From Desulfatiglandales bacterium (GTDB lineage: Bacteria > Desulfobacterota > DSM-4660 > Desulfatiglandales > Desulfatiglandaceae): a stretch of 64,000 bases of DNA. Positions 55,362-64,000 of the stretch are shown here, piece by piece. Within the stretch, counting starts at the first letter, position 1; each line of letters begins with the position of its first letter. The stretch is taken from NCBI GenBank assembly GCA_963662465.1, contig OY759599.1, positions 1,056,001-1,120,000 of the forward strand. The letters run 5' to 3'. A program made the position numbers and the translations under genes. Under the pieces are notes generated by a model. It was not told the DNA's origin, ran no database searches, and worked only from the letters and a program-made list of their open reading frames with translations.

Positions 55362-55838
55362 ATGATCAATAGTATCGACAGCACAAACAGCACCATGTCC
55401 ATGATGCGCAGTGGTTCCATGGAAAGGCATCAGCCGCCTCCGGGCAAAGATGTTTTCCAAACGACGGACTCAGATCGAGACGGTCTGGTTTCCAGGTCCG
55501 AACTTGAGACCCTGGCGAAGGGCATTGAGGAAATTACCGGGTCCAGTATCGACGTTGATGAAGCGCTCAGCAGTTTTGATGCCGATGAGGATGGGGCCTT
55601 AAGCGGTGAGGAGTTGAAGGAATTTATGGAGAACAACGGATTTGCTCCACCTGGGATGTTCCAGAATGATAAAGGAGAAGCCGTGAGGATGCTGCCACCG
55701 CCTCCGCCCTCTTCTGAACATGCGATTTCGGCCTATGACGATAATTCAGGAGAAGATCAAATAGAGCAATTGATCGCGTTGTTGAAGGAGCAGAATGGTG
55801 ATAGCTGGGAAGTCTCTTCCGTTGATGTTACCGCTTGA
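55362..55838 (+). CDS. EF-hand domain protein with Pro-rich segments
   Basis: AAGGAGG RBS; DSDRDGLVSRSE and DADEDGALSGEE loops. Confidence 0.82.
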   Translation: MINSIDSTNSTMSMMRSGSMERHQPPPGKDVFQTTDSDRDGLVSRSELETLAKGIEEITGSSIDVDEALSSFDADEDGALSGEELKEFMENNGFAPPGMFQNDKGEAVRMLPPPPPSSEHAISAYDDNSGEDQIEQLIALLKEQNGDSWEVSSVDVTA

Positions 55839-55974
55839 GAGTGAAATTTCCTGCCTTTTCATAAAACCTGATCAAAATCCGTATCGGCTGTGGGACATGC
55901 GTCAAAACCTGTCCCACAGATGTTAGTGCCTTGCCCTTCAACCGATGTTTGAAAACACGGAATTTCCGGGTCCA

Positions 55975-56170
55975 TTCCATCAAAAATCAGCGTTTTTATG
56001 GTTTTAAAAAATTCAGTCTCAAGAACAACTGCAAGGACGCGTCGGCCATTCACGAATTGACGGCCTCTGAACTTTACCGTGATTTTGGCCTGAAAAGCTC
56101 ACATGCCGCTTTCTACAAGCTCTATGTGGATACCGGCAACGGGCCTGTTTACTTCGGGCTTTATACCCTG
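55975..56170 (+). pseudogene. Internal fragment of a third cotH copy
   Basis: IKNQRFYGFKKFSLKNNCKDASAIHELTASELYRDFGLKSSHAAFYKLYVD..YFGLYTL nearly identical to both cotH genes. Confidence 0.85.
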
Positions 56171-56397
56171 TCGCTGACGCCCACTTTGATCGATGCCGCT
56201 CGGGGTTGACCATTATCAAGTATCCAGATCTGGCGACCATTACCGAAAATATCTCTTTTTTCATGGTTTTCCTTTGTCCGTTTGGGAGGGCCGGGCAAAA
56301 GCGAATCCATCAGTAAAGGGCGTCCATTTGTACACTTGACAGATGTCCTGTTTAAGAGAGCTTGATAAATAAGGTGATACATCCAGTTGTTGTAGTA

Positions 56398-56429
56398 AAA
56401 TTTCCTTATAGGAAACTTTTTGGTTGACA
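56398..56429. promoter_or_regulatory. Palindromic operator next to a -35 element upstream of the XRE regulator
   Basis: TTTCCT-TAT-AGGAAA (56401-56415) followed by TTGACA (56424-56429). Confidence 0.45.
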
Positions 56430-56532
56430 AACAGGATAAAGGTCTATTATTTTTCTTCTAAAATGAAATATATGCTTTTTTTAAGTAAACTTATTGATAG
56501 GTCTTTTTCGCAATCGCGAAGGGAATAGACAC

Positions 56533-57096
56533 ATGATTCCGGAATCGGAAATCGGAAAAAACATACGGCGAATACGAAAAGAAAGGGGTTTGACTCTCGA
56601 GGATGTGGCTCAAAAAGCCGGTTTCAGCAGGGGGTATTTGTCCAAAGTGGAGCATTCGGACAAAGCGCCCCCCGTTTCAACCCTGCTGAACATTTCGGAA
56701 GCACTTCATGTGAGCGTCTCTGAGATTCTAGGGGAAGTTCAGGAGCAACCCTCGTGTTCTCTGGTCAGATTGGCTGAACGCCAGCTCATGGCCCGCGGCG
56801 CCACCATGTTCGGGTATTCTTATGAGACGCTTGCCCATAAGTACCCTCAAAAACATATGGAACCCTATATTCTGACCATCCCCAAGGAATTGGCGCAGAC
56901 CCCCCTTTTTCAGCACAAAGGGGAAGAGATGATGATGATTCTGGAAGGGAGTATGAATTTTTTTCACGGGGAAAATGAATATGTGATGCACAAAGGGGAT
57001 TGCATCTATTTCGATTCGGGTATTTCCCACCGGGGTATCTCAGTGGGTGAGGGCGCCGTTAAGGTTCTGATGGTTATTTTTTCACCCCTGGGTTGA
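56533..57096 (+). CDS. XRE-family HTH regulator with cupin domain
   Basis: IRRIRKERGLTLEDVAQKAGFSRGYLSKVE; HKGEE..GDCIYFDSGISH. Confidence 0.9.
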   Translation: MIPESEIGKNIRRIRKERGLTLEDVAQKAGFSRGYLSKVEHSDKAPPVSTLLNISEALHVSVSEILGEVQEQPSCSLVRLAERQLMARGATMFGYSYETLAHKYPQKHMEPYILTIPKELAQTPLFQHKGEEMMMILEGSMNFFHGENEYVMHKGDCIYFDSGISHRGISVGEGAVKVLMVIFSPLG

Positions 57097-57109
57097 GGAG
57101 TTTGAATTT

Positions 57110-58060
57110 ATGGAACAGCGTCATTTGAAACAGATCGGTGTACTGGGCGCCGGTCTTATGGGACATGGCATCGCACAAATATTTGCACGACACGGGTTAA
57201 CGGTCAATCTTTTTGATATTGATTCCAAAATGCTTGATTCCGCTCCCGAGCGCATCCGCCGAAACTTTGAACCCTTCATTCGTCTGAAAATGGCCGGTCC
57301 TGAAGATGTTGAAAATACCTTGGCCCATATTCATCTCTGCCAAAGCCTGGATGAATTCTGCCGGGGGGTGGATCTGATCATTGAAGCGGTGAGTGAACGG
57401 CTCGAAGTCAAACGCCGGATATTTTCCCAACTGGAAGAAAAAGTTTCTTCGGATACAATCCTGGCGAGCAATACCTCCGCCATCAGCATCAGCGAAATTG
57501 CCCATGATACCCACTATCCCGAGCGGATACTGGGAACCCATTTCTGGAACCCGCCCCATGTCATTCCCTGTGTAGAGGTCATCAAAGGTAACGAAACCAG
57601 TTCACAGGTATTTGATACGGTCTATGGACTCCTTCTGGACGTGGGTAAAAAGCCGGTAAAGGTTCTTAAAGACGTACCCGGTTTTCTAGGGAACCGAATG
57701 CAGCACGCCCTCTGGCGCGAGGCCATCAAACTGGTAGAAGAGGGCATTGCCGCGCCCCAGGATGTGGATGACGTGGTGCGCTACGGATTCGGCATCAGGC
57801 TGGCATTCCTGGGGCCATTGCAGACCGCCGATTTGGCGGGTCTTGACCTGACTTGTCTTATTCAGAAAGATCTGTTTCCCCATTTGGACCGTTCCACGGC
57901 GCCTTCGTCAATTTTGGAGCGCAAAGTTCAGGAAGGAGATCTTGGCGTCAAAACGGGCCGCGGGTTTCATGACTGGCCCCCTGAAGTCATTCGGCAGGTT
58001 ATACCGGTTCGGGATGAAGTGCTGTTGCGGCTCATTGAACAGGTAAAAGCATTCGAATGA
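57110..58060 (+). CDS. 3-hydroxyacyl-CoA dehydrogenase family protein
   Basis: GAGLMGHGIA, IIEAVSE, ASNTS, THFWNPPH, PGFLGNR, GVKTGRGF. Confidence 0.92.
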   Translation: MEQRHLKQIGVLGAGLMGHGIAQIFARHGLTVNLFDIDSKMLDSAPERIRRNFEPFIRLKMAGPEDVENTLAHIHLCQSLDEFCRGVDLIIEAVSERLEVKRRIFSQLEEKVSSDTILASNTSAISISEIAHDTHYPERILGTHFWNPPHVIPCVEVIKGNETSSQVFDTVYGLLLDVGKKPVKVLKDVPGFLGNRMQHALWREAIKLVEEGIAAPQDVDDVVRYGFGIRLAFLGPLQTADLAGLDLTCLIQKDLFPHLDRSTAPSSILERKVQEGDLGVKTGRGFHDWPPEVIRQVIPVRDEVLLRLIEQVKAFE

Positions 58061-58097
58061 AACATCGGGTCCGGCTTGAGGTATCGGAGGATTTCTC

Positions 58098-58958
58098 ATG
58101 AATGAAATCGCCGTCTTTTTTCTGCACGGTCTAGCCTACGCAGGCTTATTGTTCCTTGTTTCCTCCGGGCTCACGCTGGTGTTCGGCATGATGAGCGTAT
58201 TGAACTTCGCACATGCATCGTTTTACATGCTGGGGGCTTATTTCGCCTACTGGCTGCTTCAGGTAACTGGAAATTTCTGGCTGGCGCTGCTCATCAGTCC
58301 ACTGCTGCTGCTGATCATTGGCGCCCTGGTGGAGCGATTTCTCCTGCGAAAGGTCCATGTGCTGGGGCATGTCCATGAACTGCTTTTGACCTTTGGTCTG
58401 GCCTACATTATCGACGAGGGCGTCAAATTGATCTGGGGAACGGACCCCCACGCCATCATCATCAGCGGATTTCTGGCGGGGACGGTAAACATTATGGGCA
58501 TCACCTACCCGGTGTACCGCCTTTTTGTTTTCGGTGTGTCGGTGGCCCTGGGTCTGCTCATGTGGCTGATTCTGTTTAAGACCCGAATCGGTATCATCGT
58601 TCGCGCTGCTGTGGAAGACAGTCCCATGGTGGGGTCACTGGGCATTAATGTTCCGTTTGTGTTCATGGGCGTTTTTTCGGTGGGTGCCGCCCTGTCGGGT
58701 TTGGCGGGGGTTACCGCGGGACCACTGCTCAGTGTGGACCCGGGCATGGCGGGTGCGATTCTGGTGGATGCATTCGTTGTGATTGTGGTGGGCGGCATGG
58801 GCAGTCTGGGGGGAGCGGTCCTGGCCTCCTTCATTATCGGAGAACTTCAGGCCTTCGGGGTGCTGCTGTTTCCGGATTTTTCCCTGGCGCTGATCTATAT
58901 GCTCATGGCGGCGGTTCTGATTATTCGGCCGGAAGGCCTCTTTGGGGAGAAGCAATGA
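58098..58958 (+). CDS. livH: Branched-chain amino acid-type ABC permease
   Basis: GLTLVFG..NFAH, VVGGMGSLGGA, RPEGLFG. Confidence 0.9.
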   Translation: MNEIAVFFLHGLAYAGLLFLVSSGLTLVFGMMSVLNFAHASFYMLGAYFAYWLLQVTGNFWLALLISPLLLLIIGALVERFLLRKVHVLGHVHELLLTFGLAYIIDEGVKLIWGTDPHAIIISGFLAGTVNIMGITYPVYRLFVFGVSVALGLLMWLILFKTRIGIIVRAAVEDSPMVGSLGINVPFVFMGVFSVGAALSGLAGVTAGPLLSVDPGMAGAILVDAFVVIVVGGMGSLGGAVLASFIIGELQAFGVLLFPDFSLALIYMLMAAVLIIRPEGLFGEKQ

Positions 58959-59977
58959 TGGCGCGCAGGCATATCTCCGTTTCCAGTTTCGGTGTGTGGG
59001 CTGTATTTCTTGCGGCGGCCATGCTGCCGTGGATTATCCAAGGATATCAACTGCGTCTCATGACCGAAGTCATCATCTTTTCCCTTTTTGCGGTGAGTTA
59101 TAATCTCCTTTTGGGCTACGCGGGTCTCCTCTCCTTTGGCCATGCCATGTTTTTTGGCACCGGCGCATTTGCCGTGGCCATCCTGCTCGAACATTTTTCG
59201 GGCCTTCCCCTCCTTTTGGCTGTGACCCTGGCCACGGCCGTGACGACTTTGGCGGGCTTTTTGGTGGGATGCCTTTTGCTTCGTGTCAAAGGGACACCCT
59301 TTGCGCTGTTGACACTGGCATTTAATGCCCTGTTTTACGCCATCGCCGTCAAATGGTCCGGTCTCACCGGTGGCGATGATGGACTGATTATTGACCCCCC
59401 GAAGCTCGATCTGTGGCTGGTAACCCTGGACCCCGCCAAAGGCCCGGATTTCTATTATCTGACCCTGGCGATTTTGGGGCCGGTGATGCTTTTTTGCTGG
59501 TATTTCACGCACACGGCCATGGGGCGTACGGTTCTTCTGATGCGTGAAAATGAGGACCGCATGCGTTTTCTCGGATACAATACGCTTCTGGTCCGTTTAA
59601 ACCTTTTCACCCTGACCGCGGGATTGGCCGGTTTGGCGGGTTCTTTCTACAGCCTTTTTTTTGCCTTTGTCTCCGTTGATGCCATCAGCATTGAAATGAC
59701 CACCACGGTGCTGCTTATGACGTTTATCGGGGGCACGGGGCATTTTGTAGGCCCCATTCTGGGGGTTGGTGTATTTACCTATCTTCAGAATTTTCTCAGC
59801 GAATTGACCGAAAACTGGCCTTTAATCATGGGAGTGCTGTTCATTCTCATGGTGTTGTTTACTCCCGGCGGGCTGGTGGGTATCATCAGAGGGATGGCTG
59901 GATGGTTACAATCCCGAAAAAAAATACGGGGCCTGCCGAAAGGAGAAAACAGTCGTCATGTCCATTCTGGAAGCTAA
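58955..59977 (+). CDS. livM: Branched-chain amino acid-type ABC permease
   Basis: NLLLGYAGLLSFGHA, TGGDDGL, RENEDR, IGGTG..GPILG. Confidence 0.9.
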   Translation: MMARRHISVSSFGVWAVFLAAAMLPWIIQGYQLRLMTEVIIFSLFAVSYNLLLGYAGLLSFGHAMFFGTGAFAVAILLEHFSGLPLLLAVTLATAVTTLAGFLVGCLLLRVKGTPFALLTLAFNALFYAIAVKWSGLTGGDDGLIIDPPKLDLWLVTLDPAKGPDFYYLTLAILGPVMLFCWYFTHTAMGRTVLLMRENEDRMRFLGYNTLLVRLNLFTLTAGLAGLAGSFYSLFFAFVSVDAISIEMTTTVLLMTFIGGTGHFVGPILGVGVFTYLQNFLSELTENWPLIMGVLFILMVLFTPGGLVGIIRGMAGWLQSRKKIRGLPKGENSRHVHSGS

Positions 59978-60704
59978 GGGGATTGAAAAGGATTTCTCGG
60001 GGCTGAAAGTCCTTACCGGGGTGGACTTTCAGGTGGCGGCGGGTGAGCGTTTTGCCATCATTGGACCCAACGGGGCGGGAAAAACCACCTTGTTCAATAT
60101 TTTGAGTGGGGCCTTTTCCCCTACCAGAGGAAATGTTTTGTTCAAAGGAAAAGACATTTCAGGAAAGCCTCCCCATCAGCGCAACCGCCTGGGTATGTCC
60201 AGATCCTTTCAGATTACCAATGTATTCCGGGAACTTTCGGTGTTTGACAATGTGATGGCGGGGGTGCGGTCCCGGGCGGGGTTGCGCTGCCATTTCTTTC
60301 GCCGTCCTCTTAAGAATCGTAAGCTGCGGGATCGTACCGAGGAAATTTTAAAGCAGGTGGGTCTCCTGGATGAACGGGATACCCCGGCCCATGAACTGGC
60401 TTACGGACAGCAGCGGGCGCTGGAAATGGGAATTACCCTGTCAACCATGCCGGATTTGATCCTTCTGGACGAACCCACCGCCGGCATGAGTCGGCAGGAG
60501 ACGGAAGACGCCATTCAAATGATCCGACGGGTCACCCAATCGAAGACCTGTATCATCATTGAACATGACATGAACGTGGTTTTTTCTTTGGCCGACCGAA
60601 TTTCCGTGCTTCATTACGGGGTGATTCTGGCCTGCGGCCTACCGGACGATATTCGCAACGATCAGCGGGTGAAAGATGCCTATCTGGGACAGGACAGCCA
60701 ATGA
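59958..60704 (+). CDS. livG: ABC ATP-binding subunit
   Basis: GPNGAGKTT, LAYGQQR, LLDEPTAG, IEHDM, AYLG. Confidence 0.92.
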   Translation: MSILEAKGIEKDFSGLKVLTGVDFQVAAGERFAIIGPNGAGKTTLFNILSGAFSPTRGNVLFKGKDISGKPPHQRNRLGMSRSFQITNVFRELSVFDNVMAGVRSRAGLRCHFFRRPLKNRKLRDRTEEILKQVGLLDERDTPAHELAYGQQRALEMGITLSTMPDLILLDEPTAGMSRQETEDAIQMIRRVTQSKTCIIIEHDMNVVFSLADRISVLHYGVILACGLPDDIRNDQRVKDAYLGQDSQ

Positions 60705-61411
60705 TTCTGGAAATTAAAGACCTTCACGCCTATTACGGAGAAAGCCACATTCTGCAGTCTGTGGACCTGGCTTTGGATCAAGGGGAACTGGTTTGTCTGC
60801 TGGGCCGAAACGGGGTGGGCAAGTCCACGACCCTGAAAAGCATCATGGGGCTGGTCCCTCCCAGAAATGGCAGCGTGTTGTTCCATGGACGGCAGCTGGC
60901 CGGTTTGGCCCCGTATCAAATTGCCCGTCTGGGGGTGGGTTACGTACCTGAAGAGCGCCAGATTTTCAAAGGGCTCACGGTCCTGGAGAATTTGATGATC
61001 GGTATCAAAAAGGCGCATGTCCAAACGGACCGGGATCCCTGGAGCGTCGAAATGATATTTGAAATGTTCACCCGGCTGGGTGAACGTCGCCATCAAAAGG
61101 GCGGACATCTTTCCGGCGGTGAGCAGCAGATGCTCACCGTTGCACGCACCCTCATGGGAAACCCCGAGCTGATTCTGGTGGATGAACCGACTGAAGGGCT
61201 GGCGCCTCTGGTGGCCGACAGCGTTTTAAGAATGCTCGGCACCATCAGCCATTCGGGGGTGACCATTTTGATGGTGGAACAAAACTACAAAGCTGCCCTC
61301 AAAATGGCAGGCAGTTTTTACATTATGAGTAAAGGTCGAATGATCTTTCATGGAGACGGCAAGGCACTGGTGGCCGCCGAAGACATACGGAAAAAATATC
61401 TGGAGGTCTAG
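60701..61411 (+). CDS. livF: ABC ATP-binding subunit
   Basis: GRNGVGKST, LSGGEQQML, VDEPTEGLAP, VEQN. Confidence 0.92.
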   Translation: MILEIKDLHAYYGESHILQSVDLALDQGELVCLLGRNGVGKSTTLKSIMGLVPPRNGSVLFHGRQLAGLAPYQIARLGVGYVPEERQIFKGLTVLENLMIGIKKAHVQTDRDPWSVEMIFEMFTRLGERRHQKGGHLSGGEQQMLTVARTLMGNPELILVDEPTEGLAPLVADSVLRMLGTISHSGVTILMVEQNYKAALKMAGSFYIMSKGRMIFHGDGKALVAAEDIRKKYLEV

Positions 61412-61501
61412 TTTATGCGGGAGGTGATGAAAAGGGATTGAGGAATCGGATGGTGAGGGAAAAAACCTGAAATTTTAAAAAATCAAATGGGAGGTAGCAA
61501 A

Positions 61502-62710
61502 ATGAAGAGACTGCTGACAATCTGTATCGGGCTTTTAACGGTCTTCATGCTGGCGACAACAGCCATGGCTGAGGGGACCATAAAAATTGCCGTGGTTGAG
61601 CCCCTTTCCGGAAACTTCAAAGACATCGGAGACCGTTATTTGGAAGGTGTGCAGTATGCCGCCAAAATGATCAATGAAAACGGTGGACTTCTGGGGAAAA
61701 AGGTCGAAGTCATTCCCATGGACAGTGAATTGAAACCCGCGGTTGCCGTGCGAAAGGCCACCAAATTGATGATGAAGGACGGCGTCAACTTCTTCGTGGG
61801 GGGGACAGGCAGTTCGGTGGGCGGCGCCATGTCGGTTCTGGCCGGCAAGAAAAACGCCATAATGCTCAGTTATGGCATGGCAGCCACGAGTCTCACCGGA
61901 GAAAAATGCAGCCGCAACTTCTTCCGAGCCTGTGCTACCACCGACAATCAGTCCTATGCCCTGGCCCACTGGGTGGCTGATCAGAAATTCAAGAAAGTCT
62001 TCTGTATTGCGCAGGACTACTCCTTCGGAAAACAGGCCGTGGACGCATTTGTGAGCAAACTCAAGGAACTCAATCCTGAAGCCGAAATCGTGGGAACGGC
62101 GATGCACCCCACCGGCACCAAGGATTTTGCCCCTTATGTGAGCCAGATCATCTCATCGGGCGCCGAGGTGGTGTTTACCTCCAACTGGGGAAATGATCTC
62201 ACCCTGCTCCTCAAACAGGCTAAGCCGCTGGGATTGAAGGCCAGGTTTGCCTGCTATTATCTCAATGACGAAAACGCCATTCAAGTGGTGGCTGACGATG
62301 ACGCGGTCGTCGGCAGTGTGACCGCCGAGATCTATATGTTGACCATTCCCACTGAAGCCAACAAGAAGTTCGTGGAGATGTTCAAAAAGACCGAGGGGCA
62401 CTACCCCACCTGGCTGCGTGGCAAATCTTATCTGGCCACCGCTTTTCTTTTCAAAGCCATTGAGAAAGCCGGCAGTACGGACGTGGACAAAGTGATTGCG
62501 GCATGGGAAGGCCTGGTTTACGATGGCCCGGCCGGAAAATGGACCATGCGGGCATGTGATCATCAGGCCCAGATGCCGGTGTGGATCGCTGAAATTGTCA
62601 AAAGCAATCCTTATTTTAAGCACGCTTATGTGGGCACACCCGAGGAAGTGTCTCCTGAAAAGGTGGCAGTCCCTTGTGATAAGACCGGTTGCCCCGGTTT
62701 TGCAAAATAG
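61502..62710 (+). CDS. LivK/Peripla_BP_6-type substrate-binding protein
   Basis: GGGAGG RBS before ATG 61502; signal peptide; INENGGLLGKKVE, AQDYSFG, KDFAPYVSQI, MRACDHQ. Confidence 0.9.
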   Translation: MKRLLTICIGLLTVFMLATTAMAEGTIKIAVVEPLSGNFKDIGDRYLEGVQYAAKMINENGGLLGKKVEVIPMDSELKPAVAVRKATKLMMKDGVNFFVGGTGSSVGGAMSVLAGKKNAIMLSYGMAATSLTGEKCSRNFFRACATTDNQSYALAHWVADQKFKKVFCIAQDYSFGKQAVDAFVSKLKELNPEAEIVGTAMHPTGTKDFAPYVSQIISSGAEVVFTSNWGNDLTLLLKQAKPLGLKARFACYYLNDENAIQVVADDDAVVGSVTAEIYMLTIPTEANKKFVEMFKKTEGHYPTWLRGKSYLATAFLFKAIEKAGSTDVDKVIAAWEGLVYDGPAGKWTMRACDHQAQMPVWIAEIVKSNPYFKHAYVGTPEEVSPEKVAVPCDKTGCPGFAK

Positions 62711-62845
62711 TGCTGTTTGAAAAATATGATTCTTTGCCTCCATTCTGATCCGTGACGAATGGAGGCGACCCTGTTTTGAAAAGAATCGGTTTATGGGCGA
62801 CACAGGGCCGCACATTAAGAAAATCCGGAGATACCCGAGAAAATT

Positions 62846-63781
62846 ATGAATACTATTTCACCCAACAAGAGAATATTTACCGCAGCCGTCACCGGCGCTA
62901 TTCATACCCCCAGCATGTCTCCCCACTTACCGGTGACCCCGGATGAGATCATTGCGGATGTCATGAGTGTCTACGAAGCGGGAGGTGCGGTGGCCCACGT
63001 ACATGTCCGTGACCCGGCGACCGGTATGCCCAATGCGGACCAGGAGACCTTTAGATATATCGCCTCTGAAGTCAAAAAGCGCTGCGATATTATTCTTTGC
63101 ACCACCACCGGCGGTCGGTTGGGCGAACCGGTGGAAAACCGGGTTCGCGTGGTCAACTCCCTGAGTCCGGAACTGGCCTCTTTAAATGCCGGCTCTCTCA
63201 ATTTTGCCCTCTTTCATGTGGCGGATAAATTTCCCGACTGGAAATACGATTGGGAAAAGGATTATCTGGCTGGAACAGAGGACTTCATCTTTCCGAACAC
63301 CTTTTATACCATGCGGAAATTTTTGGAGAACTTTGCTCAGCAGGGGACCAAACCCGAATTTGAGATTTATGATGCGGGTATGATCAACAACGTAGCCCAT
63401 TTGATACAGTCAGGTCACATCAAACCACCAGTGTATCTACAGTTTGTGCTGGGGATTTTGGGTGGTATACCCGCTTCCGTGGAAAATTTGGTTAATCTCT
63501 TAAATGAAGCGCAACGGCGTATCGGGAAATTTGTGTGGTCGGTATGCGCGGCCGGGCGCCACCAGTTTCCAATGGTCACGCAGGCGCTGATCATGAACGG
63601 TAACGGCCGGGTGGGACTTGAAGATAATCTGTACCTGGAAAAGGGTGTCCTGGCGAAGAACAGCGGTGAGCAGGTGTCCAAAATCATCCGTATTGCCCGG
63701 GAGCTGGGTATTACACCTGCGACCCCTGGAGAGGCCAGAGAAATTCTGGGTCTAAAGGGCCTGGATAAGGTTGGTTTTTGA
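62846..63781 (+). CDS. Beta-keto acid cleavage enzyme (BKACE/DUF849, Kce family)
   Basis: TAAVTGA, PVTPDEI, AHVHVRD (HxH), SLNAGSLNF, PEFEIYD, RVGLEDN. Confidence 0.92.
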   Translation: MNTISPNKRIFTAAVTGAIHTPSMSPHLPVTPDEIIADVMSVYEAGGAVAHVHVRDPATGMPNADQETFRYIASEVKKRCDIILCTTTGGRLGEPVENRVRVVNSLSPELASLNAGSLNFALFHVADKFPDWKYDWEKDYLAGTEDFIFPNTFYTMRKFLENFAQQGTKPEFEIYDAGMINNVAHLIQSGHIKPPVYLQFVLGILGGIPASVENLVNLLNEAQRRIGKFVWSVCAAGRHQFPMVTQALIMNGNGRVGLEDNLYLEKGVLAKNSGEQVSKIIRIARELGITPATPGEAREILGLKGLDKVGF

Positions 63782-64000
63782 GAAAGCGCTTCTTACATTA
63801 CGGATGACCCGCTCAAAAAAATGGCAGCATAGGTTCAAGGATCGATTATTCGTACCGGAGCGCCTGAATGGGATCCAACCGGGCGGCCTTTCGTGCCGGA
63901 AAATAGCCGAAGATGACGCCGACTGCGGCGGAAAAGCCAAAGGCCGTGGCAACAATGCCCGGCTGAAAGATAAACGGGATGCCGAGGAGGTTGCTCCCCC

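Overview
Bacterial DNA, most consistent with an anaerobic Desulfobacterota (deltaproteobacterial) genome; this is inferred from the selenocysteine-type Hdr/Mvh genes, a sigma-54 promoter and the gene families present. Five blocks. (1) 0-10 kb, mobile patchwork: an inverted-repeat-bounded segment carrying a signal-peptide-bearing, BRCT-less NAD-dependent DNA ligase and a BrnT/CopG toxin-antitoxin pair fused into one ORF; an IS; several MITEs that each carry REP hairpins; and a REC-PAS regulator interrupted twice. (2) 12.3-24.6 kb, redox operon behind a sigma-54-like promoter: Cys-rich lipoyl-less GcvH-like protein, split HdrA N-terminus (Sec), NuoE, NuoF, NuoG-HdrA-GcvH fusion, MvhD-HTH (Sec), double HdrA (Sec). 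It has no HdrBC or catalytic subunit, and the ORF track misses three in-frame UGA codons that each have a SECIS-like hairpin. (3) 25-39 kb: secreted S74-chaperone fibre protein, PfkB kinase, CpxAR-like and BaeSR-like two-component genes (the BaeR-like receiver is fused to an adenylate cyclase), and an IPTL-CTERM surface protein. (4) 39-56 kb: DUF4956 / HlyD-propeller / TolC-like / VTC polyphosphate polymerase / two CotH kinases / DUF1566 / Spy-like / EF-hand cluster, linked by two families of repeated promoter sequences and showing domain shuffling and scrambled duplications. (5) 56.5-63.8 kb: XRE-cupin regulator, 3-hydroxyacyl dehydrogenase, Liv-type ABC importer and beta-keto acid cleavage enzyme. 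No rRNA, tRNA or CRISPR array was seen. All family assignments are by visual motif recognition; no searches were run.
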